From assembly GCF_009914755.1 (NCBI RefSeq), contig NC_060926.1: a stretch of 64,000 nucleotides of DNA, one strand, 5' to 3'. This document shows, piece by piece, positions 49,357 to 64,000 of this stretch. The notes beneath the pieces are model-generated. The model was given only the letters and a program-made list of their open reading frames with translations. It had not been told where the DNA came from and searched no databases. Both the position numbers and the translations under genes were made by a program. How positions within the stretch are numbered: position 1 is the first letter of the stretch; every line of letters starts with the position of its first letter. Source of the stretch: the human T2T-CHM13v2.0 reference genome, Homo sapiens.

Positions 49357-51624
49357 AGACCAACAGATTTGGTGAGCATGAATTCGACTTCTACCCCATT
49401 GCTTGTGGAGGCAGTCATATATATTTTATATATGCTATATCTCATCAATAAAAGTACACATCTAATAAAATTTTGAGCATGTAACCAACTTTACATGTAT
49501 TTATAATGACTTATATGATTTTGTGTGCAATGCATATTATAAATAGAAATTTTAAAAGGCTGAGATAAAAATATATCTGTAAATAGAAGTTTTGATAATT
49601 TCTTTCCACGCCCCATTGATTGCCTTGGAAGCTGCAATTTGGAAGCCTCTGCTTTAAAACAAGTTTGTAGATGAGGTTGCCCAGAAATAATCTGTTGAGT
49701 GGAAATACTATAAGGTTGGAGGTGAATGCTTGGCAATACCCATATATAAGATTGGTTGAACAGTTGAACAGAGGAAATGGAGACCACAAAGGAGACTGAG
49801 AAGGAATGGCCAGAGAAGAATCATCTCACAGAAGCTGAAGGAAGACAATAATTCTTGTGTTTATTGTACCTGCCTACATCTTACTGTTGAGTGCATGCCC
49901 TGTGACCAGCCCATTTAGAAGAGCTAGAGACTCAGTGAAAAATAAGATGCTATCTTTCTCTAGAAGTAGCAAAAATAAATTTATAATTATATTACAAGGT
50001 CATAAACCTTTATTAAAGCATTTGTGATCTTGTAATGTAAATTATATAAATTGATAATTATACATAAGAACACATTCTGCATTCTTAATGGAGTGTGTGT
50101 TTATACATGTTAGGGAGATGGAATGCTTCAGAAAGTTTCTCAGAAGAGGTGGTGGCTGAACTGAGCCTTTTTTTCTTGGTTGAGCAGGAGTTAGGTAGAG
50201 AAAGCTTAAGAAAACTCAATAAATGCCTGTGACTCAGATCTTCTGGGAAAACAAAATTGTCAAAACAGTACAAGAAACCGTCTTCCTGCTATAGGTCACC
50301 TTACGAATACATGCAACTACTGACTCATTTATATTCCTGAGGGGTATTACATTATTGCAAATTGTTACTGATAACAGTACTCACATTTAAATGAGAACTT
50401 TTAAATACCTTTCTCTATTTATAGCAGGAAAGTAGTTCCCCACTTCTGCTCCCTGGAGGCGTTCATTAGAAGTGTAATGAAGCAGGCAAACAGGTGCTTT
50501 TTATGTGCCGTTTATAAAGGGCTGCAGCAGTGCTCCTACCATCCCTTCAGATTCCAACTGGGAGCACACGTCATCAGCTGAGCTAATAGCTCACAGCAGG
50601 GACCTTTCCTGTGCTCCACATAAATATTCAGAGTTTTATCTTCCTCTGCCTGGTGATCGATCATCAGCACAACGTACAGAGAAAGATGGAAAAAATAAAT
50701 ACAGAAATGTATGATTTCTGGGTCATAAATCCAAATAAGTTTTGGCATAGTAAGATTTAAGAAATAAACACTGAATATACGGTTGCTGCATGAGTTATAA
50801 AACCTCTGCTGATTGTTATTATTAACAATTTCCCTAAATCCTCAATATCCAAGGAAAAATAATTCTATCCAGTGGCCATAACTTTCTTCCGTTGCTTCTT
50901 GATCTCTCCTTGCTAACAACTCATGTCTGTGGGAACTGGTAACATTTACAACCATTCTTAACAGGTTGATCATAATACAAGCATTGCATGATGTCTTTGT
51001 TCCTTTCACTTGTCAGGAATTTAATGTTTTAATTACTTGAATACTTGAACACATGTCAATTTGGTATATTATTTCCTTCTGTCATCCACAAAGTGGAGAA
51101 TCAATTTAATTCTTAAAAGATCACTTACAAAATGATCTGAATGAGGCAAATTGAGGAAAACTAAGAAAAATTTTTGTCCAATTTAGGTAGGAACCCATGA
51201 TTCAGGTAAGATTTCTCTATTTATTTAGAATTGACTTGGAAAACTATTTTTAACAATTTCTAATATGATACAAGAATACAGTGTTCTGTAGCTGAGAACT
51301 CAATGTTTTAATCATGGTAGAGATTATATAATACTGAAGTATGTAGTTATTTTTAAATGGTCAGCAATTGTTACCTCTTTGCAGAAAAGGAATGGAATCT
51401 TAAGTTAACAAAATCGGTTATAATCATTTTAAGTATGGTAAAATAAAGCCATGACAGATAGAATGCAAACATTGAGGGATATCCTCTTCCAACAGCTTAA
51501 GAGCAAACATTCGTAAGGGAGGGGTAGAAATGAAAAGAGGTCTTGGAGTTGGATCAATGTTCTCTGAATAAGGACTAGTAGTGAGTGAAATAGCATAAAA
51601 TCAGATTATAATTTTTCTCCTAAT

Positions 51625-52090
51625 TTTAGGATTATGATTTGGCTTTGAGTAGCAAAGACTCAGAAAAAAAAAAGGAGCGCTTAACCCAGTTAGATGTCTG
51701 TGTCTCTTTCTCTTAAGTCTGGTGGTGGCAGTCCACAGCCGGTGAGGTGAAAACTTAATTTGTTAAGCTCCTGCTCAGCCATTTCTGAGATATGGCCCTT
51801 CTTCTCAAGGTTCAAGATAACAATATCTGGAGCTCCAGATTTTACTTCCGTGTTCTCCATAGCAGAAGGAAAGAGCAAGGAGAATGAGGCAGAGGATGTG
51901 TACTGCTGCCACACATGTTGATTCCATGTACACATCTTAGCCACGACTCAGTCACACAGCATACTCAGTTGCAAGACTGTTGGAGAAAATGCCTGCTTTG
52001 TCTTGGTCCACAGCTAAAAGTTGAGAGTTCTATTGTTATTAAACAAGAGGAGAATGGATATTGGAGGGCAAGCAGCAGTCTGTACCCTGG
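51625..52090 (-). mobile_element. MLT1 (J/K/L-type) MaLR LTR
   Basis: actcagtcacacag...ttgcaag...ggagaaaatg...tctattgttattaaacaagaggagaatggatattggagggcaagcagcagtc. Confidence 0.7.
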
Positions 52091-52127
52091 CTGCTTCTAC
52101 AGAAGGGATGTGTTAAGTAAGCAGGTC

Positions 52128-52982
52128 TAGGATGTATGCAGTATGCAAGGCCCAGCAGCCCGAGGGATAGATTCTAGGCTATCAACTTTCCTACCACTTG
52201 GTACTCTGGACCCCACTTGGCCACAGGGGTCACCTTGACCCCAGAGAGAGTGTGGGTATAGCAAGGGTTGAGGTTATGCCCCAATATCTAGGGAGAGAGT
52301 CATAGTGGGATCTGTCCCAACTCTGGTCTGGCCACACTACAGAAGTCTCTTACCCACCCCCAATCCAGGCACCCAACATGGAGGTTGCAATGCCCCTGGC
52401 AAGAGGATATGCCTAGCTCAACTTTTCTGCCCTGGTCAGGGCAAAGTACGTGGATCCAGTGGCTGACAGGAAATGGAACCCAGCTGTAGTCAGGTTCCAG
52501 AGCCCTGTAATGTGGGGAGGGCCCTCACCAGCCCTGTGGTTCGGCACATGCCCTCTGAGTATTCCAAGCTGACCTTGGAAGATACTCTCTTCCTCATTCC
52601 CACCATCCTGAATCTGGCTATGTTTTTCTCTTCTGGCCAGCTCCTTGCACCCTCAGGAGATAAGCCACAAAATACATAATCTCAATTTTTCAGTGATTCC
52701 TAATAAGATCTGAAAATTGCATTTAAAACTGGCATTTCATCAAATAAAGACAAATGATAGTATTCTCGCCAATTTAAAATTGATAAGTAATTATTTGCTT
52801 AGAATGAAATTAAATGGAAAACATTAAAACGCTGTGACAAGTTGGAAGAATGATTGAAGAAGAGAGGAAAAAACTTTGTATTTCTGTACTTTTAAAATCA
52901 TTTTCATCCCCTGGATTCTGAAAAAAGCCTCACATTTTCATTTTGCACTGACTGGGCCCTGCAAATTATGTAGCTGATCTTG
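52128..52982 (+). mobile_element. MER45B/C-type hAT-Tip100 DNA transposon
   Basis: Ends cacattttcattttgcactgactgggccctgcaaattatgtagctgatcttg, the MER45 terminus. The left boundary is uncertain. Confidence 0.6.
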
Positions 52983-54327
52983 TAGGTGTTTTCCTACTGA
53001 AATATGAGCATATATTGTATTTGAGACATTGGAGGCAAGTTTGTAAAATTTTATGAAAGGATTAGTTAGAACATCTACCCTTTGTGTGTCCAAGTGTGCC
53101 CCGCTTCTTGTCAGGTGTCAGACAAGATTAGATGCTCTACTTCACCTCATTATCTACTTAGTCACTGTCCACAGCCAAGTACGATATCAAGTACAATATT
53201 AATGCCAATAAGACTGTGTGCACATCAAGTTTTGTGTTAGCATTAGATGCAAAATACCTTGTCAATAAATCTGTGTGTATATTGCCTCAATAACCACAAT
53301 GTAATTTTCAGCATGTCTGATACAGATTTATATACTTTTGTTGTATTAAAGAAGTACTGAAGGTCTTCTGTGTTTTCCTAAGTCTTTTTGAATAATTGCC
53401 CCCTTTCCTACCTCTGTCTAATTCTGACAATTCCTCTCTATATAAATAGAAAACAATTTCTATTCTGAGAGATGAGATTATATAAATGAATTTATTCTTT
53501 GTTTTCCTCTGGCTATGGCCCACCTACTCTGAGTTCTATTTATAAAGCTAGCTTGGCATGTAATTTGGTTGCCTAATGGAATGGAGGTGAATAACAAGTG
53601 GTTCCACTGTAAAATAATCATGTACAAGATGGATGAAGTAGAATGTTTGGTTTCAAGAATTTCCTGCACTATTAGTCCTTTGAAAAATACATCTTAACTT
53701 TTCTCAATGCATATTTTGTCACCATTGTACTGCATATTTTCAGTTCTTACAAAATGCACCCATGTGCTAGGCCCAAACCGATGTTTCCAGACTATTGTTT
53801 TCTAATAAAACAACTGAGAAGATACCTTTTTAGCCACAAACACAGCTCCTTCAAGGTTGTACTATGTCGAAATACTCTGTGATAAGATGGTATTCTAAGG
53901 AGTTACTGCTGATGTATAACACAATATTACTTCTATTTTCATTGAAGATAAATTCATCAGTGCCACAGCAAACCAGCCATTAGCATTCATACTACAGGTA
54001 AAATCCAAGGCTGAGAAATTGGAAGAGAAATCAGTAAAGATGAAATTTTATTCATTTTCATAAGCCACAGGTAGAGTCTTAATATATAAAATAATTTTCT
54101 CATTCAATAAAATTAATGACAGTTTATTATGTACTGATCTAGATAGTGAGGATATACCAGTGACAATGTCAAAAATTCCCACCCTCTTGGAGCTTATGTT
54201 CTCATGAATAGGTAAGAACACATGTAATGAGTTAAGTAAGTTTAGAAATTATATAGAGTAGATCTTGTTTTCTTTTTCATGAATTAGATTATGAGGATGT
54301 TATTTGCAAATATTACTGGGCAAGATA

Positions 54328-54570
54328 AGATAGTGTTAAGGAACTTGGGCTCTGAAATTAGGCAAACTGGGGTTTGACTCCTGGCTTTTACTCTTAAAAG
54401 CACTTACTCTTGACTTTTGGCAAATAGCTTGAGTTTTGAGCCCTGGTTTTGATATCCATAAGTGGGGCAAAAAGTACTTGATTGCTGTAAAAATGGAAAG
54501 AGATAATGCTTGGAAAGCACTTGGCATAGTTCCTGAAATGTAGTTGACATCCAATAATTGCTTTCTGTGT
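54328..54570 (+). mobile_element. MIR SINE
   Basis: gtgttaaggaacttgggctctgaaattagg...gagataatgcttggaaagcacttggcatagttcctg...caataattg. Confidence 0.8.
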
Positions 54571-54684
54571 ATTATTGGTAATAATATTATTTAATGTCCA
54601 TATTCTCACAGGAAGATTTTGATTAAATGTCTGAGCCTCCAGCTTTAAATTCTGTAACAGCTCGATGAATTAAGTTTGCTATAT

Positions 54685-54860
54685 GGCATTGCCTTTCAAA
54701 TTTTTCTGTGCACAAAAGTCCTTGGGGAACTTGTTAAAATGCAAGTTCTTATTCAGTAGATCTGGAGTGGGGCCTGACACCCTGCATTTCTAAGAAGCTC
54801 ACAGGTGATGCCAGCAATGTTGATCTGCTCCGTGGATCATAATAAAACACCATGCTTTGA
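54685..54860. mobile_element. MER5A-type DNA transposon
   Basis: cttgttaaaatgcaagttcttattcagtagatctggagtggggcctga...tgcatttctaagaagctcacaggtgatgcc. Confidence 0.8.
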
Positions 54861-55304
54861 CAATAGTAAGCAAAATAGTAAGACTTGCCACTACAGGCCA
54901 ATATTAAGCAAAATGTGTGTCTCCAAACAATAGGGGATGTCAGTTATCTCAACTGATGAGGTATATTAATAAACCAAAAGATATTAAGGGAAATGCTTCG
55001 TTTATTGTCAAATATACTTAACGTGAGTAGTAGAGTGTGCAGAGCTTTGAGAGACACCCGAACAGGAGCCACTGTCTTCTGGCTTTTGCTTCCAGTGAAT
55101 CTTTCTGACCTAACTACCTTAGACTACAGTGATGACTTTAAGCTTTTTGGTATAAAGGCCCCTGACACTTTTCATCTGACCTATGCTACCAGAAACATAT
55201 ACCAAAATTGACTTATTCCAGTCTCTTTATCTGAGTGTATAAAACACATGGTATGGTTCAGTCAGACATGCACATCATGAGAAATCCTGGGTATAATAGT
55301 ATAT

Positions 55305-55805
55305 CAAGACTCAGCAATCCCACTTCCAAGTGTATACCCATGACAACTGAAAACATATGCTCACGTGAAAACTTGTACACAAATGTTCATAACAGCATGA
55401 TTCATAACACTCCCGAAGTGGAAATAACCCAAATGTTGATTGAGCAGATTAAAAATTTGGTGTAGTCATACAGTGAAACATTATTCACAGAAATAAAGTA
55501 CTTATACATGTTATAATATGAACGACCTTTGAAAACATTATGCCAAGTAAAAGAAGCCAGACACAAGAGGCTACATAGTATACGACTTAATTTCTATAAA
55601 ATGTCCAGAAAAGGGAAATCCATAGAGACACAAAATAGATTAGCGGTTGCCAGGGGTTAAGGAAAGAGGGGAATATGGAGTGACTGATGATGGGTAGGGG
55701 TTTCTTTTTGGGGTGATAATGTTCTAAAATTAGATAGTAATGATGTTTGCACAATCACGTGAACATACTAAAAACCACTGAACTGCACACGTTAAAATGG
55801 GAATT
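55305..55805 (+). mobile_element. L1MB-type 3' UTR fragment
   Basis: gactcagcaatcccacttc...aaaacttgtacacaaatgttcataacagc...agaagccagacacaa...ctaaaaaccactgaactgcacac. Confidence 0.88.
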
Positions 55806-55949
55806 TCAAAACAAAAGTATATCAAGTGCTCAATGCTTCCGTAGCTTTCAATCTTTACACAAAATACTTGAGAACAGTAAAGTTCCCGTATTATTTAACT
55901 GTTTTTTTAAGGAATGCAGTTTTAAAGGATAGGTCAACGGTAGACTGAA

Positions 55950-56325
55950 ATAGAAATAAATTATTTGTGATTCCTCACCTCAAGAGGTAGAGCTTATTTC
56001 CTTTCTCCTTGAAACTGAGATGGCCTCATGACTTGCTTTGACCCACAGAATGTGGTAGATTGGATGTGTGAGAGCTCCAAGAGAAATTGTGGCTTGCATT
56101 CTCACTTTCTTAGAAAACTGTAGCCATATGATCAAGCATGGTAAGAGGGACCATGGGGGAGTCTCAGCTTCCCTAACCCTCACAGTGTCAGAGGCCAAAT
56201 ACAAGAATGGGCTTAGCAACAAGCTTTTCATGCAGAGCCTAGTATAAATTGCCTACCCATGGGCTCCTGAGAAAATAAATGATTCTATTAAATGACTAAG
56301 TTCTGTGGTTGTTGGTTACATAGTA
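55950..56325 (+). mobile_element. MLT1 (F/H-type) MaLR LTR fragment
   Basis: cctcaagaggtagagcttatttcc...tgacttgctttgacccacagaatgtggtag...taagttctgtggttgttggttacatag. Confidence 0.7.
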
Positions 56326-56783
56326 AGGTCCTATTTAGTGGACTAGATGCCATTTCTTAGTGGGATTTTGCTGATGACCATATTAAAAACAAGAAAAAGT
56401 AAAATATCTGGCAGCGTCTGACCAGAACTTTCTTCTTGTCTTCTTTATATCCTCCTTTTCATTTCCATCCTTGGTTTTTTGAAGATCTTTCTAGCTTGGT
56501 TGTCTTCTGAATTAATAAAAGCCTGACCTCTAAGCTACCGTAGCAATAGCTAAGAGATTTCATGGGATAGGTCCAAATGCACACCTGATCTTGTGCCAAA
56601 GAGGAAGATATTGACTGAAAGACATGGAGGTCATTCCTTTCTGCTCCCTGTTTCCTAGAATACCATTTAAGAGCCTGGCTTCACAAGATGGCAGCTATCT
56701 AGCAGCAAAGAGATTTCTTATTCTATTATCTGTGTTATTTCCATACATATTTGCATGTTGACATGTAAAAACAATCTTGGTAA

Positions 56784-57088
<305 letters not shown>

Positions 57089-57594
57089 TTAACTTTTGAT
57101 TTTGCTGTCACAGTCTGCAGAGCACTGTTCCCTGGCCTTTGTGGCATTCTGTAGGTATCACTGTTCATCACTATTGCTATCACCAACAACAGTCACATCT
57201 TGAGTGCCTACTAAGTATAATGAACCATATTTTACATCCAGACTAATCCTCAAATACTTGCCTGTTTGGTAATGCTTAACTTTATACAATAGTGACAATT
57301 AGCATTGTATTTGAATATATCTAACAATAATTATTAGATAAGTAAGTTAAATAGTGATTCATTTCATTTAATATTTATTGAATGACTAATAGGTCTTAGC
57401 AATTTTCTAGACATTGGTGACACAGCAAAAAATTCCTGCCTTTATAGAGTATATGTTTTAGTGGAGGGACAATAAAAAACTATAGATTATGAGGTATGTC
57501 CAACAGTGATAAATACTATGGAGAAAAATTAAGCTGAGGGTGGCTAGAGAGGGCTCTTGGGTAGGATATTACTATTTAAATAGAGAAGTCAAAT

Positions 57595-57880
57595 TGTAAT
57601 ACAAGTCCAAAAAAAAATCATTGACCAACACAGTGGGGGTCTCTGGAGAAAATATTGCCCTTTAAAGCTGTCCTACATCAGGAAAAATTCACTGGGAGTT
57701 TACACACCTGCCTTGTTTAGTCATTGGATGTAGGTTATCGCCTAGGGGGAGGTGGCTTTTATGCTTCAGGAAAATCCTGAGAAAGTGACAGTGTGAGACT
57801 CTGCTGACCACACTCCTACGTTTGGGCAGCAATTTCTCATGACAGAGGATCTGGATGGGGTATCTTCATGCCTACTACAG
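57595..57880 (-). mobile_element. Old ERVL-type LTR fragment (LTR40/LTR16-like) inside L2
   Basis: ggtctctggagaaaatattgccc...cctgccttgtttagtcattgg...ggatctgg...cctactaca. Confidence 0.45.
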
Positions 57881-59259
57881 GAACCAATAGAGCATTTGGA
57901 GCTGAGGAGTGACATGATATGACGGATATTAGACAATCACTCTGGTTGCCGTGTGGTGAATAGACCGTATGGAGACCAGGGCAGAATTGAGGAAGACAAA
58001 GGCAACATTAATGGAGACAAAGGCAGAATGAAGGAGACAGGGTAGAAGACTAATACAGAGAAGAGATGATTATGGCTTGGACCAAAGTAGTGGCAATGGT
58101 GATAGTAGAAAAGACAAATTCTGACTATTTTAAAGCTTGGACTAACAATTCTTATTGATGAATGTTGGATGTGAGAATAGGAGAGCAATAAATAATAACT
58201 TTAAATTTTGTGGGGCTGAGCAACTAAAAATGTTACCATTACTGAGATAAGGAAGTTTGTGAGAGGGATATCAGGAATTTGGTTTGAGATCTGTAAAGTT
58301 GTGATGTCCATTCTATGTCAGAGCATAGATGTTTAGTAGATAGTTGGATGTACAAATCTGTAGGTCAGGGCATAATTCTAGGCTACAGATGTAAGTTTTA
58401 GAGTCATTAACATACAGATGACAAAAACCTGTATTGACTGAATCATTCAGTTAGTGTAGACAGGAAAGAAGAGTGAACTGAGCCCTGGGACTGCACCATA
58501 AGGATTGTGGCGTGAGTAAAATAGCAGTGGAACCTCAAAAGGAGAGGTTGGTATGGTAAGAAAAAAATCTAGGAGAGCTGGGTGTCCTGAGGGCCAAACA
58601 AATTGTTTCAAGGAGGAGAAATGCTCAAATGTCACATGTTTCTGGTAGGTTGAGATGATGATCAAAAATTGACCCCTGGATTTAGCAACATGCAGACTAT
58701 TTGTGGACACTGAAAAGAGAAGTTTCAGTGGAGTGGTGGGCAAATACCTGTTTAAATAGATCGAGGAAAGACTGGGGTTAAAAGGCTTTAGAATAGTGAA
58801 TGAGACAACTCTTCTGAGGAGATTTGCTATAAAGGGTAAAATAGAAACAGAGCATTAAGGAAGGGAAAAGTGGTTTTAAAAATATGTTGATGAGAATGAT
58901 CCAGGAGAGAGGAACAAACTGAAGATTCAGAAGAAAGGACAATTGCAAGGACGATGTTCTTGAGCAGGGGAGGAGAGATTGAATCAAATGCACAATGTGG
59001 ACATAGAGAGTAGCCCTGCTAATTCCACCTTAATGTGAGGAGGGTAGTTAGGGTTTACAAACATAGATGCAGGTAGGTGAGTAATTGTGGAATGAGACTG
59101 GTGAAGGTTGTCTTCTGCCTGCTTCTTCTTCTTTTTTTTTTTTTTTTTTTTTTTTTGGCAGCACAACTGGAATCAAAGGCATCATTGACAATTAGGAAAA
59201 TGGGAAGGATGTGTTGGCAGTTGATAAAAGAAGCAATGGTATGAAATTGTTTTCTAGAA

Positions 59260-59600
59260 CAGTGGTCCCCAACCTTTTTGGTACCAGGGACCAGTTTCAT
59301 GGAAGACAAGTTTTTTTAAAAGATGGTGGTTGGGGGGATGGTTTTTGGATGAAACTGTTCCATCTCAGATCATCAGGCATTAGATTCTCATAAGGAGTGT
59401 GCAACCTAGATCCTTTGCATACACAGTTCACAACAGGGTTCCCCCTCCTATGAGAACCTAATGCTGCCGCTGATCTGACAGGAGGTGGAAGCTCAGGCAG
59501 TAATGCTTGCTTACCTGCAGCTCACCTCCTGCTGTGTGACCCTCTTCCTAACAGACCACAGACTGGTATCAGTATGTGGCTGGTGGGTTGGGGACCCCTT
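59260..59600 (-). mobile_element. MER1B hAT-Charlie element
   Basis: TIRs cagtggtccccaacc and ggttggggacccctt. Perfect 8-bp TSD ttctagaa at 59252-59259 and 59601-59608. Confidence 0.93.
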
Positions 59601-59786
59601 TTCTAGAACATAGAGAAACTATGGTTGAATAATTGTTGAACTGGAGTTATTAAAAAGAGTGAACTAGAAAAATAAACAGTGGTCACTGAGTAGGATGTCA
59701 GAAACTAAGATATGGAGTGGATATGTTTATTGGTAATACCAAATCTAGCTCATCATGAAATTAGATGTTGTATGAAATTAGATGTT

Positions 59787-60077
<291 letters not shown>

Positions 60078-60620
60078 TTATTGGATGAGAGCAGGTCAAT
60101 GAATGATTGAACCATTGGATCCATGTTAAAATCATCAAGAAATATGATAAGAATGTTTCCAAGAAAGAATATTCCTATGGTAGAGTTTAAAGATATAAAA
60201 TTAAAAACTGTGGGTTTTAGAGAGTAGAAAGTGAAAAGGTCTAGAAATGGTGATCAGGAGCCAGCATGACAACTCCCCATTTCCAGGAACGAGGGAACCA
60301 GGGCTGTGAGGATGAAGAAGCAACACTTGAGGGGGCTCAGGTGAAGCAGTCTTCAGGAGAGAAATAGACTTCAGACAGAGCGGGCAGCTGAAGGGAGTTT
60401 CCAAAGATGCTGAGGCTACAGGGGCTCTGCGGAGGATGGACTGCAAATTCCTCAGACAGCTTTGAGTCTCCACATGCTTCTCATGTTGGAGGGTGGTTGT
60501 GTGGATGTGAGTCCTGGGGATGAGGGTTCCCCTGAGTATCTTGAGTGTCTTGTGTTTGGCACAAACTGGGATACAGGAATAAAGATAACTAGCTGCTGTA
60601 TATTGTAAGAACAAGTTTGC

Positions 60621-60907
60621 CCCAGCTCTTTGGGAGGCCAAGGTGGGCGGATCACGAGGTCAGGAGATTGAGACCATCCTGGCTAACACGGTGAAACCCT
60701 GTCTCTACTAAAAATACAAAAAAAAAAAAAAAAATTAGCCAGGCGTGGTGATGGGTGCCTGTAGTCCCAGCTACTGGGGAGGCTGAGGCAGGAGGCAGGA
60801 GAATGGCGTGAACCCAGGAGGTGGAGCTTGCAGTGAGCCGAGATCGTGCCACTGCACTCCAGCCTGGGTGACAGAGTGAGACTCTGTGTCAAAAACAAAA
60901 AAAAAAA
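60621..60907 (+). mobile_element. 5'-truncated AluY
   Basis: gatcacgaggtcaggagattgagaccatcctggctaacacgg; gaatggcgtgaacc; ggagcttgcag. TSD aagtttgc at 60613-60620 and 60906-60913. Confidence 0.95.
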
Positions 60908-61207
60908 GTTTGCAAATTCTAAGTTTTGTGATAAAAGGAAACAAAACTTGGTCAGTTGCCTTAGATAGGGCATTTGGTATTATACAAATGAGAAAGCCAG
61001 TAGTGACAGAAATATTTAGGTCTGATTGTGTCATGCAGTTTCATCTCTCCTTAACTCAGCATTTTTCTGATGAATTTTTTCAAAGTATATTTGAAAGAAA
61101 TGCATCTGGAATTTAAACCAGTTTCTTAAGTTGTAGACCAAGCACTGTTGAACCAAATATTAGTGTCTCAGAAAAGGTCTGTTACCAAATCCAGAAACCC
61201 GGGATGC

Positions 61208-61213
<6 letters not shown>

Positions 61214-61240
<27 letters not shown>

Positions 61241-61246
61241 CTGTGT
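61214..61246 (+). repeat. (TG)n microsatellite
   Basis: About 13 perfect TG units followed by ctgtgt. Confidence 0.95.
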
Positions 61247-61728
61247 ACGCGCACATAAGTGTGCCACACAAACTTTGTACCTTCATTGTCTTTTTTGTGT
61301 GCCTTATTGGAGAACTGAAGTGACAATCATTTTTCACCCTATGTTAATGCCTAATTTAAGTCGGATCCTCCTAATATACTCACATACGCCCTTTGCTTTC
61401 TTTTTATATCCTTTTAAAAATATATGAAAATTATTGTATGTGTACGAGAGAAAATTTTTTTAGTGAAATATCTGCTTTGTTATTAGAATGCAAACTCTGT
61501 TAGAGCAGGTAGATAGAGATTGGTCTGTATCCCCAGGCCTAATATATCACCTAGCACATAATAGACACTCAAAACTATTTTGTTGGATAAATGAAAAAAA
61601 TTTAACTCTGTAGTACCTTTTAAAAAATAATTCATTTTATGTTTCTATAACTTGTATGAGTGGAGTAGAGAGAAACCTTCATTGTCTCCCCCAGTAATTT
61701 AGTATAATTTTGGTTAGAATTTTGTTAA

Positions 61729-62050
<322 letters not shown>

Positions 62051-62089
62051 CAGAAGCTTTACTTTTAAATAAAAATAAAAATAGTTATA

Positions 62090-62320
62090 AAAGCCTGGAT
62101 AAGTGTTATGGGCTAGGCATTATTCTAACAACTTGTAGTGATTAATTTCATTCTCACTACTATCTTGTGAGGTGGTTACCCTTATCCCATTTTACACATG
62201 GGGAGACTGAAACATAAAATATTAAGAGTCATGCACTTGAAATGTGGCAGAGTTGAACATCTAAATCCAGCCTGTCTGGACCCAGAGTCCATGCTCTTAA
62301 TTGCTGTGTTACACTGCTTC
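62090..62320 (-). mobile_element. MIR SINE
   Basis: ttatcccattttacacatggggagactgaaaca...gtggcagagttgaacatctaaatccagcctgtctggacccagagtccatgctcttaa. Confidence 0.85.
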
Positions 62321-63611
62321 TGAATGATTGTTTGTAAGATCCGATCTTTTTAAAATTTGTAACTTAGCCTATTAAAGTATTGAAAGTAAAGGAGAAAGAT
62401 GACATTACAGAAGATTATAAGAAGATTATTAGCAAATAACTTATTTCAGCTTTCATTAATTTGATACATTAAACACAGCATCATGCTTTTGCCTAAAGCT
62501 CGGGAAAAAATGTGTTATGAAAGGACAAATGCCACTATAAATTTTTATTATAATGGTTGCAAATGGATGATCATTTTTTTCTCATCCTAATATCTCTTTC
62601 TGCAATTATAGCAAAATAACTTTTTTCAGTCAAGTGCTTTCAGGCATCTTTAATATTTTTCATTCATTTTTCTTTTTTCATAGATGGTGATGCTTGAAAT
62701 TACATAATGACTTCCACTTTTTCAAAATTAGACCTTGTAGGAATAAAGAATTACATATGATAGCCCAGTGAAATAATTTGTATCATATTTAAAGGTTGGG
62801 CTATTTTAAAAGAAAAAAAATGCCAGTAAGATGCAGTTTAAATTAAGAGAAATTTTGTGTATCATTTATGTGTTTATTTCCACTTCAGTCTATAAACTTT
62901 ACATCCTTTACACATCAGAAAAAAATCTTTAAAATTAAAAACTGATATTCTATGTTCAGAGACTATTAAACATATCTTTAAGTAAATTTTATTTTCATAT
63001 ACTTTTATAAATTTTCTGTTGACGATATAATACTTTAGAAAAAGATTTCCTTACTAATTCTTAGCACATCAGCTATTTCCACAATTTGCTGGCTTCATCT
63101 TTTGCTACCCAAAGGTACAACACGTAATGAAATTGTTCGACTATCCTAAATTATCTTCTTTTTCAAGCCATATTCTGAAAACTCAAATGTCTTCAAAGCC
63201 AGCAGGTAATACAAGTGTGTTAAGTAGCCTGGTAGAAAAGAGGGAAAACTGTTTAACTGGAAAATGCAGGCCATACCTAAATATTCTTAAATTCAAAACA
63301 TTTGTCTGGTCACAAACACTCAACCTTCCCTGTTAGCTTAATGCAGACTGAGGCCCTGTTCTCTGCTGGATTCAACCTGAAGTCCTTTAGGAAATCCCAT
63401 CTACTTCACTGGCCTTATATCATCTGGCTAAGGACTTCCATATTTCTATAACTTTCTTTGTGCTACATATTTTTACATTTATCTGCCCACCTAACATTTC
63501 CAATAAGATATCCTAAATTCAGTGTATCTTAGGCCAAGCATCTCTTTCAAATCTAGTTTACTTTGAATGTTCCCCATCCCCACAAATTTGACCCCCCCTT
63601 CCATTAAATTA

Positions 63612-63948
63612 CAGTCATGCACCACATAATGACATTTCCATCATCAGCAGCAGAGCATATATATGATGGTGGTCCCATAAGATTGTAATACTGCATTTTT
63701 TGCTCTACCTTTTCTATGTTTAGATGTGTTTAGATACACAGATACTTAGCATTGTGCTACAGCTGCCTGCAGTATTCAGTACAGTAACATGTTGTACAGA
63801 TTTGTAGCCTAGGAGCAGCAGGCCATACCATAAAGCCTAGGTGTGTATTAGGCTATGCCATCTAAGTTTGTGTAACTATACTCTATGATGTTTTCACAAA
63901 TACGAAATCACCTAACAGTGCATCTGTTTTTAAAGTGACTCATGACTG
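63612..63948. mobile_element. Tigger3a (MER7A) Tc1/mariner-type MITE
   Basis: TIRs cagtcatg and catgactg flanked by TA TSDs; internal ggtggtcccataagatt and tttgtagcctaggagc. Confidence 0.9.
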
Positions 63949-64000
63949 TACACAAACAAGAAATAAAGGGGTTTCCCTGACAACTCCCTCTGCCTTACCT

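Overview
This 64 kb window is primate (probably human or great-ape) non-coding genomic DNA, intronic or intergenic, and mostly transposable-element derived. I see no supportable host protein-coding exon, RNA gene or CRISPR-like array. The long ORFs in the track are L1 ORF1/ORF2 remnants, THE1/MST internal sequence, GC-rich MER52 LTR or Alu read-through. There are three large nested complexes. (1) 4817-15995: a minus-strand MER52-type ERV1 provirus with a 4-bp TSD, containing a full-length L1PB1 and several Alus. (2) About 27.9-43.1 kb: an old L1MC on the minus strand, broken by a near full-length L1MA (itself carrying MER1B and MSTA), Alus and a polyadenylated, TSD-flanked HERV-H retrocopy. 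(3) 44.1-49.4 kb: MER39 containing THE1 containing L1PA2, next to a MER67/MER31-like LTR. The best leads are the L1-mobilised HERV-H fragment (41073-42593), the CpG-retaining 5' LTR remnant of the MER52 provirus (13 CpG versus 2 in its sister LTR, a candidate unmethylated promoter) and a near-consensus CTCF motif in unique DNA (26021-26040). I did not find a new biological system. Subfamily names come from recalled consensus sequences and should be confirmed with RepeatMasker/Dfam; boundaries of old elements are approximate.
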